From a virus: DNA of 64,000 nucleotides. Each line of letters starts with the position of its first letter. The stretch's first letter is position 1. The DNA lies in the IMG/VR virus record IMGVR_UViG_3300023179_000033, positions 54,246-118,245 of that record; one strand, written 5' to 3'. The notes beneath the pieces were generated by a model. It was given only the letters and a program-made list of their open reading frames with translations. It made no database searches and was not told the DNA's origin. This document shows, piece by piece, positions 10,749 to 21,800 of the stretch. The position numbers and the translations under genes are program-made.

Positions 10749-12497
10749 TTATAACAAATTAAATGAAGTCTCTTCATTATTATAATAATTATATGTTTTT
10801 TGGGCTGGATAGAACAAAGAATTTAATAAACTCTGACAGCTAACTTTAATATAATCCTGACTATTAATCTGAAGTATGCCATTAAAATATACTTGCTCTT
10901 CTGTTAAAGGTATTAAATTACCAGTTAATTGACTAAAATCTCCTGTATATATTCTATATATATTATTTGTTCTTGCTGTAGCTAAAACTTTACCTGTGGC
11001 AAGTAAATTGCCAGAAAATCTTATATTTGATCCATTAATTGAATAATTTAGACCAGATATTAATTTTTGACCATTTAAATACATCGAATTATTTATGCTA
11101 TTATTTAATGTATAATTTACTCCTGTGCCAGTATATTGAATTATTTGAGGGGTTCTAGTTATATCAAAATAAACAATATTATCATTAAATTCATCAAAGA
11201 ATAAATCACTATCTACATATCTATTTCCAGAAAGACTATAATTTCCACTAACTACATTTCCACCTACATTTACTCCAGATATTTGTAATACTCCATTACT
11301 AAATAAATTAATGCTTTGCCCAGTTGACTGTAAACCTAATACAAATTGTTGAAGTACATCATCGTATTGATTTACTTCTCTATAGTTATTTAAAAATCCT
11401 GTATAAGTATTAATTTCAACAAAATCATTTGAATCAATTTTATATAAAAGCTTTAATCTATTATTACTAAAATTTTGTAATCTAGAAAAATCATAATTAA
11501 TTGTTTCTGGAATAGAGATCTGTATCCTTTTTGCGCCAGTAACAGAGCCAGTTATAAATTTAATTACTTTTTCATAAATTAATCCTGTAACGCCAGACAA
11601 ACCACAAATTTGTATAGACCCTCCAGCTTTTGTTGGTATACTTCCCAAAACATAACTTTGATAACCCGTGATTCCTGTTCCAACTACCGCATTATCATAA
11701 AGAACACCAGATGAAATTTTATTATAACCACTAATAATAGTTTGAGTTGATGCAGGCGTTATATTATTGCAGAATATTCCACCGGCTAGATTATTTCTTT
11801 GAGAATATCCAATATAACCGCTAAGATAAATAAAATCATCCATGTAACCTTTAAATCCAGTATAATTGACATTATCATTGTATGTATTACCTAAAAAGTA
11901 AATATTTGAATTAGAATAAGTTGGCAATTGAAATATCTCAAAAGTATTTTCAGAATTTGCAAAATCATGTACAGAGAATTCAAAACTATTTAGAATTTTA
12001 GAAAGAGATATACATGTATTATTTTTACCTTCATAACTTGAAGTATATGTATTTTTACCAGATATATCGTTATATTCAATAAAAAATTTATTAGCACCAT
12101 TAAAACCAAAACAGAAACCAGATGAATCACTAATGTTTGTTTGGTTTGATATTAATATTGTAGATTTTGTACGATCAATTTCGCAACCAGTATTCTTGTA
12201 AGTTAAAAACATTGTCCATTCTGGTTCATTAAGATAATCGCTTACTCTAAGAATTGAGTCACCAGAAAAGAATCCAGATCCAGCATAATCGTTAAATCCT
12301 CCAGAATTTAAACCTACAATAAAACCCGGATTATACTGACTATAAACACAACCACCGCTATATTGTATTCCTGAGTTATATAACTCATTGATAACTACAG
12401 CATCACCAGAAATTTTACTAAAATCATAATATATTTTCCAATTACCAGTATTAATTGAATTAAGTGTTAATATTCTTTTAAAATCTGATATATTCAT
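10749..12497 (-). CDS. Tail protein with N-terminal LamG/concanavalin-like domain
   Basis: WTMFLTY..IYFLGN..FKGYMDDFIYLS is LamG-like; repeated 'YLNGQKLISGLNY' beta modules. Confidence 0.55.
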   Translation of the reverse strand: MNISDFKRILTLNSINTGNWKIYYDFSKISGDAVVINELYNSGIQYSGGCVYSQYNPGFIVGLNSGGFNDYAGSGFFSGDSILRVSDYLNEPEWTMFLTYKNTGCEIDRTKSTILISNQTNISDSSGFCFGFNGANKFFIEYNDISGKNTYTSSYEGKNNTCISLSKILNSFEFSVHDFANSENTFEIFQLPTYSNSNIYFLGNTYNDNVNYTGFKGYMDDFIYLSGYIGYSQRNNLAGGIFCNNITPASTQTIISGYNKISSGVLYDNAVVGTGITGYQSYVLGSIPTKAGGSIQICGLSGVTGLIYEKVIKFITGSVTGAKRIQISIPETINYDFSRLQNFSNNRLKLLYKIDSNDFVEINTYTGFLNNYREVNQYDDVLQQFVLGLQSTGQSINLFSNGVLQISGVNVGGNVVSGNYSLSGNRYVDSDLFFDEFNDNIVYFDITRTPQIIQYTGTGVNYTLNNSINNSMYLNGQKLISGLNYSINGSNIRFSGNLLATGKVLATARTNNIYRIYTGDFSQLTGNLIPLTEEQVYFNGILQINSQDYIKVSCQSLLNSLFYPAQKTYNYYNNEETSFNLL

Positions 12498-12498
12498 A

Positions 12499-14193
12499 TT
12501 AATCTAAAATTATAATTTTTGCTGGCATAAAGACAGGATCTGTGTCTTCTGCAGAATTTCGTTTTGAATATTGAACAGAAGAAGATACATTTCTTGTAGC
12601 ATATCCATTTGATTGATCAAAATTTGTTGATTCATTCTGTATATAATAAGTTGAATTTGGTGCGTAAATATTTTTTAATCCAGTTAGTATGCTATATTGA
12701 TCAATTTTTGCTTGATCTGTATCCGCACTTGCTATAAATTCAGTTGAAGCGTTCATATTAAATTTAGCTAGTTTTTTAGCTTCGCCTAACTCATATATAA
12801 TATAAAACCCATTTATATTATAAGTTGGTCTTGGACGAAATAAATCAATTTTTGGTTCAAAAGTTAAATTAAATGTACTAGATCTTATAATTGAACTAAC
12901 ATTTGGAGGTAAATCTTTATCATCAAAAGTTGCAGAAAGAGTAATCTCTCCTTTCTCTGGATTTTTTACAACATTCAAGCTTCTATATTTTGGATTTAAA
13001 GAAATATTTGAACCAATATTCATTGTTCCTTTTAATTTAGTATATATAGAATTTGCTTGAAGATATAAATAATCTTCAACTGATCCGTAATCAGCCATAA
13101 TATTTTGAACAAATTCTAGTACTTTTTCATATTTTCTTTTTAAATTGCCTCTAGTAATTATTGGCCCAGATATATTTATAGAAGTTAAGGAAGTGATTTC
13201 ATCTTTATTTATATCTACATTATAATCAAAATATACATCTCCATAATCACTTGTTATAATATTATTATCAAATGATGCATTAAAATTAATAGAATTTGCC
13301 GCTTGATTTTCATTAAAAGATAAAGATAAAGGTATAGGATTAATCTGGGCACCAAATGCTGCTTGACATATTCCAGAAAAATTTAAACCGCTAGCATAAT
13401 ATCTAACTCCAGTAAATGCTGCTCGTTTTGCACCTTGTACGCTTCCTTGGATTGATACTGTATCAAAATCTGTGTTTATACTTCTTGATATAGTGTTTGT
13501 GTATCTTGTAAAATAAACAGGATTTACATATGAGTCATTTGATATATCTACAATATAATTTTCTTGAATATTATAAGTGCCATTTAAACGATTTATATTT
13601 TCTACGTAAGATCTTAATAAAGGAGTATAATTTGAATTATTTATATTTATTGGTAATATATTTGGATCGTATCCTGTGAGACTATATACATAGTTTCTTG
13701 CATTTTCTATTGCAGAATTTGTAGAAGTATTGATTCCTCTGGCAGAAACATTATGACTAATTGCAACTGATTGATCTTCATTCTCAGTAAAAGTATATTC
13801 ATTAACTGGATCTAATACGCCGTAAACTCCAGAAAATAAATCTCTTTCATAACAATCTAACTCTATTGTATATCCCAACATTTTGACATATCTAGATTGT
13901 TCAAAATTAATATTCCTAATAATACAAGCGTCTGCTTCAAATAAAGTCTTACTATCTTCAATAATAGATAATTTTTTAAAATCTCTTGAGAATCCAGAGA
14001 TTAAATTGTTTTGTCCACTAATCAAAGATGCAAAATTATCTGGACATCCTCCTGCTCCAGTTAATTGACCCTCTAAAGTTATTTTAGTTATTTGTCCCCA
14101 ACGATCTCCATAATTTATAATTTCTTGATTTTTAGACACCAAAGGTATTGGGTCTTTAAAAGTGAAATTATCATATGTTATTTGTATACTCAT
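12499..14193 (-). CDS. Tail structural protein (distal tail/baseplate region)
   Basis: 564 aa, beta-rich; similar in size and pattern to 14190-15881. Confidence 0.5.
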   Translation of the reverse strand: MSIQITYDNFTFKDPIPLVSKNQEIINYGDRWGQITKITLEGQLTGAGGCPDNFASLISGQNNLISGFSRDFKKLSIIEDSKTLFEADACIIRNINFEQSRYVKMLGYTIELDCYERDLFSGVYGVLDPVNEYTFTENEDQSVAISHNVSARGINTSTNSAIENARNYVYSLTGYDPNILPININNSNYTPLLRSYVENINRLNGTYNIQENYIVDISNDSYVNPVYFTRYTNTISRSINTDFDTVSIQGSVQGAKRAAFTGVRYYASGLNFSGICQAAFGAQINPIPLSLSFNENQAANSINFNASFDNNIITSDYGDVYFDYNVDINKDEITSLTSINISGPIITRGNLKRKYEKVLEFVQNIMADYGSVEDYLYLQANSIYTKLKGTMNIGSNISLNPKYRSLNVVKNPEKGEITLSATFDDKDLPPNVSSIIRSSTFNLTFEPKIDLFRPRPTYNINGFYIIYELGEAKKLAKFNMNASTEFIASADTDQAKIDQYSILTGLKNIYAPNSTYYIQNESTNFDQSNGYATRNVSSSVQYSKRNSAEDTDPVFMPAKIIILD

Positions 14194-15881
14194 ACAGTTT
14201 TTACATCTTGATTAAATTTTTCAATGAAAGATGTATAATCAATTCCGACATTAAAACTTAAATTTAAATCAGAATTAAAATTATAATCACATTTTGTTAT
14301 ATACGCTTCTTGAACTGGTAAATTAGGAAAGTCCACGGCAAGTTCATTAACAGCTTTAGCTTTGAGAGCATCAAGAATATCATTGGTAAGTGGATTTGTC
14401 GTAAAGATGTTTCCGTTTGGTCTTGCAACAACACATTCTAAATTAAGATCTCTTTTACCAAGTTCTGTTTGTCCACCAGCAAAACTAAAAACAGTTTTAT
14501 TAGGTATAATATATTCATTATATTTATGAATTGGAGATGTATCACTTTTTCTTATAGACATTTTTTTAATGCCTGTGATATTTGTATTATAGATAAAATC
14601 ATCATTAAATTTTATAGAATAATTTATTGTTTGTCCATTATTTGGGAAAGACATAGTTTTTTCTATTAAATAAAGAGGATTATTGCTTCCAACTTCACCA
14701 TAAAATGTATATATTTTTCCACTTGCACTATTAAATATTCCAGTTAAATCACTAAATTTACTATAATTAGTTGCAAAATTTTTATCTTTATTTCCATAAT
14801 ATCTTATAGATCCATTTTCTTGCACATCTACTATATTAAGATTACTTTTATTTAAAGTAAGCGTTGCTTCTCTTGTATAACCACTTATAGTAAATATAGG
14901 GTTATTTGTATATCTGACAGAGTATTCAGCAGTACCATTAAAAGTATTAAAATTTCTTGATGTTTCTATACCTGTTGAGAAAAGCGGGTAATAACTTCCA
15001 AGATTTGATATAACACCATATGTATTTATTAATCCAGTACATCTTGAATAACTTTTTGCTAATTCTGTTTCAACCGCACCAGAAGCAATAAAAAATCTTG
15101 GTTCTTTCAAGCCTTTGATACTACCTTCTTCAGTTACTTCTATATTTCCATCATTGCCAAGATTTAAACTCTGCGTTAATGTTAGTGTATAATCACCAGA
15201 ATAATTATTAAAAAGATTAAAATTCTTTGTGAATGAACAATCATTAGTTATTAAATTATAATTTTCTGTGAAATATTTTTTACCAGTCTTATTATAAAAT
15301 CCAGAATATTTTGAATCAATAAAACCTAAATTTGGTAATGCGGCAAATATACCTGAAGCGAGATTTTTAGCTAATTGTATAGGAGATGCATATCCACTTG
15401 TTTTTCTATATCTTATATTTAGATTGTGAGAATAATTGTAACTATCATCATCATTTATATTAAAAGCAAAATTTTCGTCAAAAGCTTCGAGTAAACTTGT
15501 TGTTCCACTAAGTGAACCACTAATACCCGTATATAAATTTCCTGTTAAATTGTAAAGATCATTACTGCCACTAGTTAAAACGTTAAAACTAATTGTGTAG
15601 CTATCAAGTCTTACAGGATTATTTTGATCAAATGATATAGATGTAATTCTTGCTGGACCAAGATTAAGACCATTTACAATAATATCTTCTCTTTCATTAA
15701 GAGATCTAACTAAACCACTCTCTAAAGCTATATTACCAGAAACACCTTGAGCATTAGTTTGTTGTAGAAAAAAACCTTCTACAGTATAATTTTTTATGCT
15801 ATTTAAACGAAATGCATCGCTTAAAAATACATTTTGATGATTATAGGTAAGTAATCTTGCGCCAGTTATTATATAACTCAT
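14190..15881 (-). CDS. Tail structural protein immediately downstream of the tape measure
   Basis: 563 aa, beta-rich, in the position typical of a distal tail protein. Confidence 0.5.
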   Translation of the reverse strand: MSYIITGARLLTYNHQNVFLSDAFRLNSIKNYTVEGFFLQQTNAQGVSGNIALESGLVRSLNEREDIIVNGLNLGPARITSISFDQNNPVRLDSYTISFNVLTSGSNDLYNLTGNLYTGISGSLSGTTSLLEAFDENFAFNINDDDSYNYSHNLNIRYRKTSGYASPIQLAKNLASGIFAALPNLGFIDSKYSGFYNKTGKKYFTENYNLITNDCSFTKNFNLFNNYSGDYTLTLTQSLNLGNDGNIEVTEEGSIKGLKEPRFFIASGAVETELAKSYSRCTGLINTYGVISNLGSYYPLFSTGIETSRNFNTFNGTAEYSVRYTNNPIFTISGYTREATLTLNKSNLNIVDVQENGSIRYYGNKDKNFATNYSKFSDLTGIFNSASGKIYTFYGEVGSNNPLYLIEKTMSFPNNGQTINYSIKFNDDFIYNTNITGIKKMSIRKSDTSPIHKYNEYIIPNKTVFSFAGGQTELGKRDLNLECVVARPNGNIFTTNPLTNDILDALKAKAVNELAVDFPNLPVQEAYITKCDYNFNSDLNLSFNVGIDYTSFIEKFNQDVKTV

Positions 15882-15894
15882 TTTTCATCATCCT

Positions 15895-18800
15895 TTAACC
15901 TTGGGTTGGTGGTCCTTTTAATTTAGCTATAATTCCCGGAGCTAATTGTTCTACTGCGTCTGTAATTGCTTTCATTAATTTTTCACTTAATTCATTATTT
16001 TGTGATTCTACTGCTCCTTTTACATCAACAGATATTGGCGTAAATGTTACGGTTAATTCATTTTTAGATTCTTTTTGAGCTGTAGCTGCCATTTCCATCT
16101 TTTGCGCGAGTTTTTCTGTTGCATCAGCTAATCTTTCTGTTTTTTGTCCTTGACTAGTTTTAGGTGTTTCTCCAGAAGGTTGGCCTTTTGATCTTTCTTC
16201 TGCCGCTTTGACTGGATTTTCTTGTTCTAAAATTCCTTTTGGAGGTTGAGGTTTTCTATCTAATAGAGATTGCACATTTTGGCTTAAAGCCGCTGCTGCT
16301 CTTCCTCTTGGAGATCCCATGCCTCCTCTAACAGATTCTGAGCCTAATAGGAATTTTTCATCTCCAGCATTTACTCCAAGTTTAGACGGAGTTTTGTTTA
16401 CTAAAACTCCGTTTCTGCGAACAGATTCAGCTCCTAATAAAAATTTTTCATCTCCTGCATTTACACCTTTTCCACCCGGTGTACCTCCTAAATCAATTTT
16501 TGAATTCCATTCTTCTGTGCGTCTTTGTTCTTCAGCTTTCCAGTCGGCGGATGTCCATTGTTCTTTTGGTTTATTTAAATGAGGGTATGCTGCATCTCCC
16601 ATAGCTTGTGTTTTTGGTTGTCCTGCGGTAGGAGCCTGTGCCGCTTGTGCAACGGCATTATTGATATTTGGATTTGCAGCAGGTGGCGCAACAACGGTTT
16701 GAGTAGTTTGAGTTGATGGTGAAGGTGTTGTAGCCGGAAGAGCATTTCCCGCAAGTTTTTCTTGTTGCGCTCGTTCAGATTCTCTTTTTATTGGATCATA
16801 ACCATATGCTGTTGAAGCCATATATTTATTAAGATCTTCTTGTGTCTTAAAAAATGTACCTTGATATTGGAAATCAGTTGCCTCACTAGAAACGCCTTGT
16901 ATTTTTCCTATGGCTTCCTGATCTATATTTCTTCCTAAAACTATGCTAGGCGTTTTTGTTTGAGTTGTTACAGCAGTTGCTGCTTGTGTTTTTGGTTGTC
17001 CTGCGGTAGGAGCCTGTGCCGCTTGTGCAACGGCATTATTGATATTTGGATTTGCAGCAGGTGGCGCAACAACGGTTTGAGTAGTTTGAGTTTTAACTGG
17101 TAGTGATTGTAATAATTTTTCTTTATCTTTTTTCTTTTGCTCTTCTTCTTTTTTAATTCTTTCTTCTTTTGCTTTTTTGAGATCTACTTCTGCTTCATTA
17201 TAGTCAGATAGTCTTTTATCATAACGAGCAACGTCTTCTTGAGCTTTTTTATCTCCACCAGCTGCTGCAGTTCTTGCGCCTTCAAGTCCGCCGTAGGTTT
17301 TATCAAATGTTCCTTCCAGCTGTGCCATCTCTCTTGCATTCCATGATTTATGAAACGCCAGTCCTAGTTCACCCTCCGTTTTTGCTTCAGCTTCATCTTT
17401 TCTAGACATAGTTACTCGAGATTCTTTTGCTTCAGCTTTTGTTTTTGTTTCTCTTACTGTTTCTAAATTTTTTTCTTGTTTTTGCATTGCCTCTAATTCT
17501 TGTTTCTTTTCTTCGTATTTTTTTAATTCTTGTTTAGCAGAATCATCTCCACCTGCGGCTAAGGCTTGAGCTTTCTCTACGCTTCCGAATTGATTTTTTA
17601 AGCCTGTTTCTAAATCTGAAAGTTCTTTTTTTAATGTTAGTTGTTTTTGTGCATTCGCAGCAATGTCATTATTTATATTTAATAATTGACTAATTTTTTC
17701 AAATTGTGCGTTTAGATTTAAACCATCTAATGCCGCTTTAAATCCTTGAGTTAATGGATCACTACTCAATTGACTTGTTAATGTTTCCATCATGGATCTC
17801 ATTGCGTCTACATTGTCTGGTAATTTATTTTTCTTTAATGCATTATCATACTGATCTTCTGCAATTTTCTCTGCTTCTGTTGCTCTTTGCTCGTAGACTT
17901 GAGCCATCGCTTCACCTTCTGGGGTGCCAGTAGCTCTTGCAGCAGAAGCAAGATCCAAAGCTTCTTGACGTATAGAGTCTACCATTTGTGGAAGCACAGT
18001 TCCTTTAAGTTTTTCATTTAGTTCTGCGGAACCTGTGCCACCGGTTAATTCTACTGTTGCCATCGCTGCTTGAAGTGTTCCTCTTGCGGCCATTTTTTCC
18101 ATTCCAAATTCTTTACCAGTAGTCATTGCTTTAAGGCCAGCATAAAATTTATCTAATACAGGTTTTTGACTTTCTGGATTTATAAATCCTTCAGTTCCAC
18201 CAAAAGCTTTAAGATTTTGTTGAAGTTCAATTTGTCTGAGTGCGGCTTTGTACTGTGCTTTTTGAACTTCTGTTTGTTTTCGATTCTCTTCTATTAATTC
18301 TTCTTGTTTATTTTTTGAATCTTGTAGAGTTGTTTGAATTTGACTAGTTAAAGTATTCTGTACGCTATCACCTAATTTAAGATTAGCAGCTATTTTTTGT
18401 AAATTAGCATTAACTTGATCAACGCTCTCATTTTGTCCTACAGCTCCGCTTAAATTAACTGATTGTAATTCTTGTATTCTTGCTTGCTGATCAGGAGTAA
18501 CGCCAGCATCGCCTGCGCTTTTTGTTATATTTTGTATCTCATTTTGGATTGCTTGTTGATATGCTTCAACAAGACCTGTTATTCCTTCTTGACCAGCACT
18601 AAACATTTGTCCTTGAAAAGCTTGTTCTGTTTGAGCGGTTTGAATTTGATAATTATATCCTGCCATAGCTTTCTCTGTTAAAAGAGGTTGTTCTGCATTT
18701 AAATTTGCTTGAAATGCTTCAGTAGCAATCGCTGCATTATTTGCTTTTCTAGTAAATGCCATTTTTCTTGCAGCTAAACTTGAACTAATCATTGCTTTTG

Positions 18801-21800
18801 ACATATTTGCTAATTCTTGAGCAAGTCTTGCAGCTTCTTCTCTAGCTTTTCTTTCAATTTCTTCTAATCTTTTCTTTTCCTCCTGATCTTTTTTCATTTT
18901 TTCGCTAAGTTCTTTTACTTTCTTTTGAGTTGCATCTGCTTCAATTCCTAAAATTTTTGTTTGATCTATAAGTAGTTGAATGTTCTCTTTTCCTGCAGCT
19001 CCTTCATTAAATAATATATTTTTAAGTGCTTCAATTTGGCTCGGATCTGCTTTATAATTCTGTAAAGCTTCGATAAATTTAAGTGGATCTGATGTATCTA
19101 CTTTACCAGATTTTAAATCTTTAAGGAACCCTTCATCAAGGCCACCTAATAAATTCATTGCGTAACTTTTTGCTTCTTCTGCGGCTCTTCCTCCACCAGT
19201 TACATCATACTTAGTAAATACTCCTCTTTTTAATTGAGCTTCCTGTGATCGTCCTGTTCCAAGCGCGCTTTTAACAAAAGACATATTTTCTACAAAATCT
19301 GGCAAAACTTTTTCAGCTGCTCTACCTGCTTTATAAAATCCTTCTTGACCAAGAACACCTTCTGCTAATGCTTTGGATAATTGACCCGGAATAGCGTTTA
19401 TCGCAGTAATAATACCGGTCGGATCAAGGTTCATTGCATCTTGTATACCAACCTGAAATTGAGTTGCTGCTTCTTGAAAAAATCCACCTTGAGCTTTTTT
19501 AGCTGCTTCTGCAAATTTTGCGCCACTTTCTTTTCTTTTCGCTGCTTCTCCTTCTTCTTTTAAAATTTTTCCAGATATATCTTGTAATTCTTTTAAAGAA
19601 GCAGCAGAAGCAATCAAAGCTCTATATTTTGGAGGAACTCCCATTAATGAATCACTTAATTCTTTTTGTACTTTGACTATATCTCCTGCTTTAGAAGGAT
19701 CTCCTTCTTCATACAATTGAGATAATTTTTCAAAAGTTGTAGCATATTTTTGCATTGCATCATTTAGTCTAGCAAAACTTTCTGAACTACGTTTACTTTC
19801 TTCGATAATTTTATTTAATGGCGCATCTTTTAACCCTTTTGTTACACCTTCTATTGCTTGAACTGTGCCAACTACTGCGCCAACTATTAATCCTATTTGT
19901 CCCGGTATTATGCTAGAAATTGTAGAAAATGTTGAAGCTCCTTTTAATGCTTCTGAAGCTACCATTCCGAATGCACTTTGACCATCTTTATTAAATTCGT
20001 CTACTACACCAGATAGTGTTGACAATCCAAAAGAAGCAGCTAAACCATTATCTTTTACACCTTTTAATACAGGACCTATATCTTCTAATTCATCACTAAA
20101 AAGTCTTTTAACATCTGGCATTCCTTTTTTAACAAAACTTTTAGCACCTCCAATTGCACCTCTTAATCCTTTAAAATTTGGTATAAATCCACGAGCAAGT
20201 GCTTCTTGCGCTTTTTGCGAATTTTTAATTGCTTGACCCATACCTTCTGGATGATCTCTTTTAACTGCTGCAAAATTTGGTTGAGTATCTTTGTCTCTTA
20301 CATATAAACCAATACCTTCTTGAAAATCAAGAGCAGGATTTCCGCCCATTCTTTTTTCTGTTTCCATTGCATCTTTAATACCTGCAAAATTTGGTATAAA
20401 GCCGCGAGCCATTTTTTTTGCTTTTTGCTTTTGTTTTTCTATTTGACTAACAAAATAACCTGTATTAAAAAATTTACGTTTTAATGAAGCATTTGTACTT
20501 CCTGCGCCAACTGGACTTAATTTTGAATCTATAAATGTTCTAGAAGATAATGCTGCGGCAGCAGAATCTCCAAATATTGCTTTTGTTATTTTTGTATTCT
20601 CGGGTGTTCCAAAAAAATCACTTGGTTGATAATCCCAAGTTCTATTTCCTGACACATCTCCATCTGACTTCTTCTGATCAGCTAATAAAACTTTATTAAT
20701 AGCAGTTGAAATAACTGTTTCAAAAATACGTCCAGCAATTTGTGGATAAGCAGAAGTATCTGACTTCATCATATTCATGATATCGGTATCTTTAGGAAAA
20801 GTTTTTTCTGCTGCTGGACCTATAATTGAATCGGCTATATTTTTAATTGCAGGAGCAAGATTCTTTTCTATTTGTTCATCAAATTTTTTAAAATCTTTAC
20901 CAGATAAAGCATGTGGAACAAAGTTTTGAATTCCATAAAATTTTGTTTTTAATGGGTTTCCTTGTAAATCATTTGGATATTCTATTGTACTTCCACCTTG
21001 TTTTCCTGCAGCGATAATTCCTACTCTTGAAGCATTAATTGCTATAGGTTTTTGCTCTGATAAAGTCTTAGTTTTTTGATATTGTTGCTTCGCAGCTGCA
21101 ATATCTTCTTTTGACATATTTGGATATCTTTGATTTAAGAAATCATCAATATCTCTATATTGTCCTTTTTTTACGGCTTTAAAACCTTCGCTCCCTTTAC
21201 TCTTTGGTCCAGCAAAATTTGGTACAAATCCTAAAAATTGCATTTTTTCAAAAAGTTCTTTTTGTCTTTTGTCTCCTATAGAACCATAAGTTGGGATAAC
21301 CGCAGAATCTCCATTTCTTCCCATTCCAACAATTTCTACTTCTTTATTATTTTTAATAAATTTTTGTCCACCGATTGTTCCCGCTGACATTTGAGCTTTT
21401 GGATTTACTGCGCCCATTCTACGAGCACTAGCCTCCTCTTGATCAAATAGATTTGGAATAAATCCATCAGCCTTACCTTTAGTTTGTAAACGTCCAGATG
21501 TTAATCCAGTTTTTGATATTGAAACTCCAGCAGAAGCAAGTGAAGCTGCAAGACTTTTGGATAGTGTCACTTGCTGTTGCATAGCAAGAGTTTGAGCTTT
21601 GATTGTATTTAAAATTGATTCTTGTAATCCTTTTAATGTGGTTTGTCCACTATTAATTTGAGAAATAATTTCTGGATTTTTTTGTAATATACTAAATATT
21701 TGTTGTTGGATTTGCGCTTGCTCTGCACCTTTTGCATTTAAACCAGTTAAACTTTTTAACGCATCAGCTGTATATACAGTTAGTCTTTGGAAAACACCAA

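Noticed and set aside
16604-17092. Diversity-generating retroelement template/variable pair
   Set aside because: The copies are identical with no adenine-specific differences, and no reverse transcriptase is present.
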